Assembly: GCF_964355755.1 (NCBI RefSeq)
Contig: NC_092677.1
Location: 17,258,101-17,322,100, forward strand
From: Antedon mediterranea
Lineage: Eukaryota > Animalia > Echinodermata
DNA length: 64,000 bases
Direction of reading: 5' to 3'
The position numbers were made by a program, and so were the translations under genes. Shown here piece after piece: positions 62,751-64,000 of the stretch (its first letter is position 1; each line of letters opens with the position of its first letter). Under the pieces are notes generated by a model, which ran no database searches, had not been told where the DNA came from, and worked only from the letters and a program-made list of their open reading frames with translations.

Positions 62751-64000
62751 ATCTATATTCATTTTAGTTCAAATCAAAATTTGTCTTGATTTTGTGATCA
62801 CATAATAATGTTATTTTTATTCCCTATTTGTATAGCACTTGTACTTTGATGTAGCTGCAATTATTACAACCCATTCCAGTCACAAAGCCGTAATTAAACA
62901 ATGTAAAACACAGACAACTTTAAATAATACTTAAGATTTATTTACAAATGAAAGGAATGTTTTAAAAACATGTATTCCCAACATTGAGATCTTGGCAAAA
63001 ATTTTGAGAAATATATTCCAATTTGACACACGGTAAACTTCAACCATAACCATAACTCAATACTGTTGGTGCATGTGATACCTATGTGACACTGCACTAT
63101 AGAATTTTCCTACAGTATGGTACAGACATATAATGCCATATGTTGAGATACAGTATAGAGAATATAAATATATTTTTCACAGTTTTGATCAAGTTTGAAG
63201 CTTCTTGGTTAATATTCAATTATATAAGCAGATCTCTGAGTATTGCGGAAATAATAATAAAGTGTATCTTTTTAAAATTCTTACACAACAACACCTATAT
63301 TAGCTACATAACAAGGTTACGGTATTTTACATTCAATTAAACAAATAAGTAAAGCCTATAAAAGTAGAGCTTTTTTAAGTTTTTAGAATTCTTGTCATTG
63401 AATTTGAACAGACTATATTTAATCAAATCCTTTTATAAACTCATGTAAACTATATTCCATTTTCGGAGAGACATCTGTAGAAATGAACATATTTCTTATA
63501 ATTTTCTTTGCATGATCCAATACAAAAAAGGTAATATAAACTATTTTTTTTATTTTGATTCGGGGAGGATTGAGATTACACTCTTTCCTGGGTTAGCAAA
63601 ATAAAATTATAAGAGATCCAAAAGAATTTTTTTGCAAAAATGAACATACAAAACAATACTTGAAACATAAATACTTGATTAAAATACAAAACATTTATAT
63701 TATAATGCACCTATTGTTGTAAAGTAAACTTTAATTTAATTAACCATCTACATTGAATTACATGTCGAAGGTTAGATCATGTAAATTTATTCGTCTGCCT
63801 GTTGTGTTTCACAAGTTTATCACAGTTTTACAAAAACTAACTGTGTCAGTATCGTTAAAACTTTACCCGCACAATAGAACGAAAAACGTGTAATCTAAAA
63901 TTATGTCAAGTCTAACCTTTGGTGTACCTTGTATTTTTCCACTAGTAAAATCGTAAAGGTTTTGGTATAGTAAACAAAGAACTTATAACACAAGAATCTC

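Overview
AT-rich, intron-rich animal genomic DNA, probably an invertebrate deuterostome such as an echinoderm (inference). There are no prokaryotic features. Two + strand genes were reconstructed by hand with consistent splice phases. (1) An ADAMTS16/18-type metalloprotease whose 5' end lies upstream of the window: 19 exons, 3902..38584, 1034 aa, covering pro-domain end, furin site, HExxHxxGxxHD, disintegrin-like, TSR1, Cys-rich, spacer, 5 more TSRs and PLAC. (2) A complete USP10 deubiquitinase: 14 exons, 48167..58192, 766 aa, with an FGDF G3BP-binding motif and a U12-type intron right after the catalytic Cys box. Non-coding DNA holds a 3.9-kb Academ-type transposon relic carrying a minisatellite, nested Harbinger-like and Kolobok-like MITEs, a Crypton-like hairpin element, SINE and LINE relics, and several unrelated minisatellites. 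One of these has a higher-order repeat and inverted monomers. I found no convincing novel multi-gene system; the findings are structural and evolutionary oddities. TE family names come from remembered family hallmarks, not database searches.
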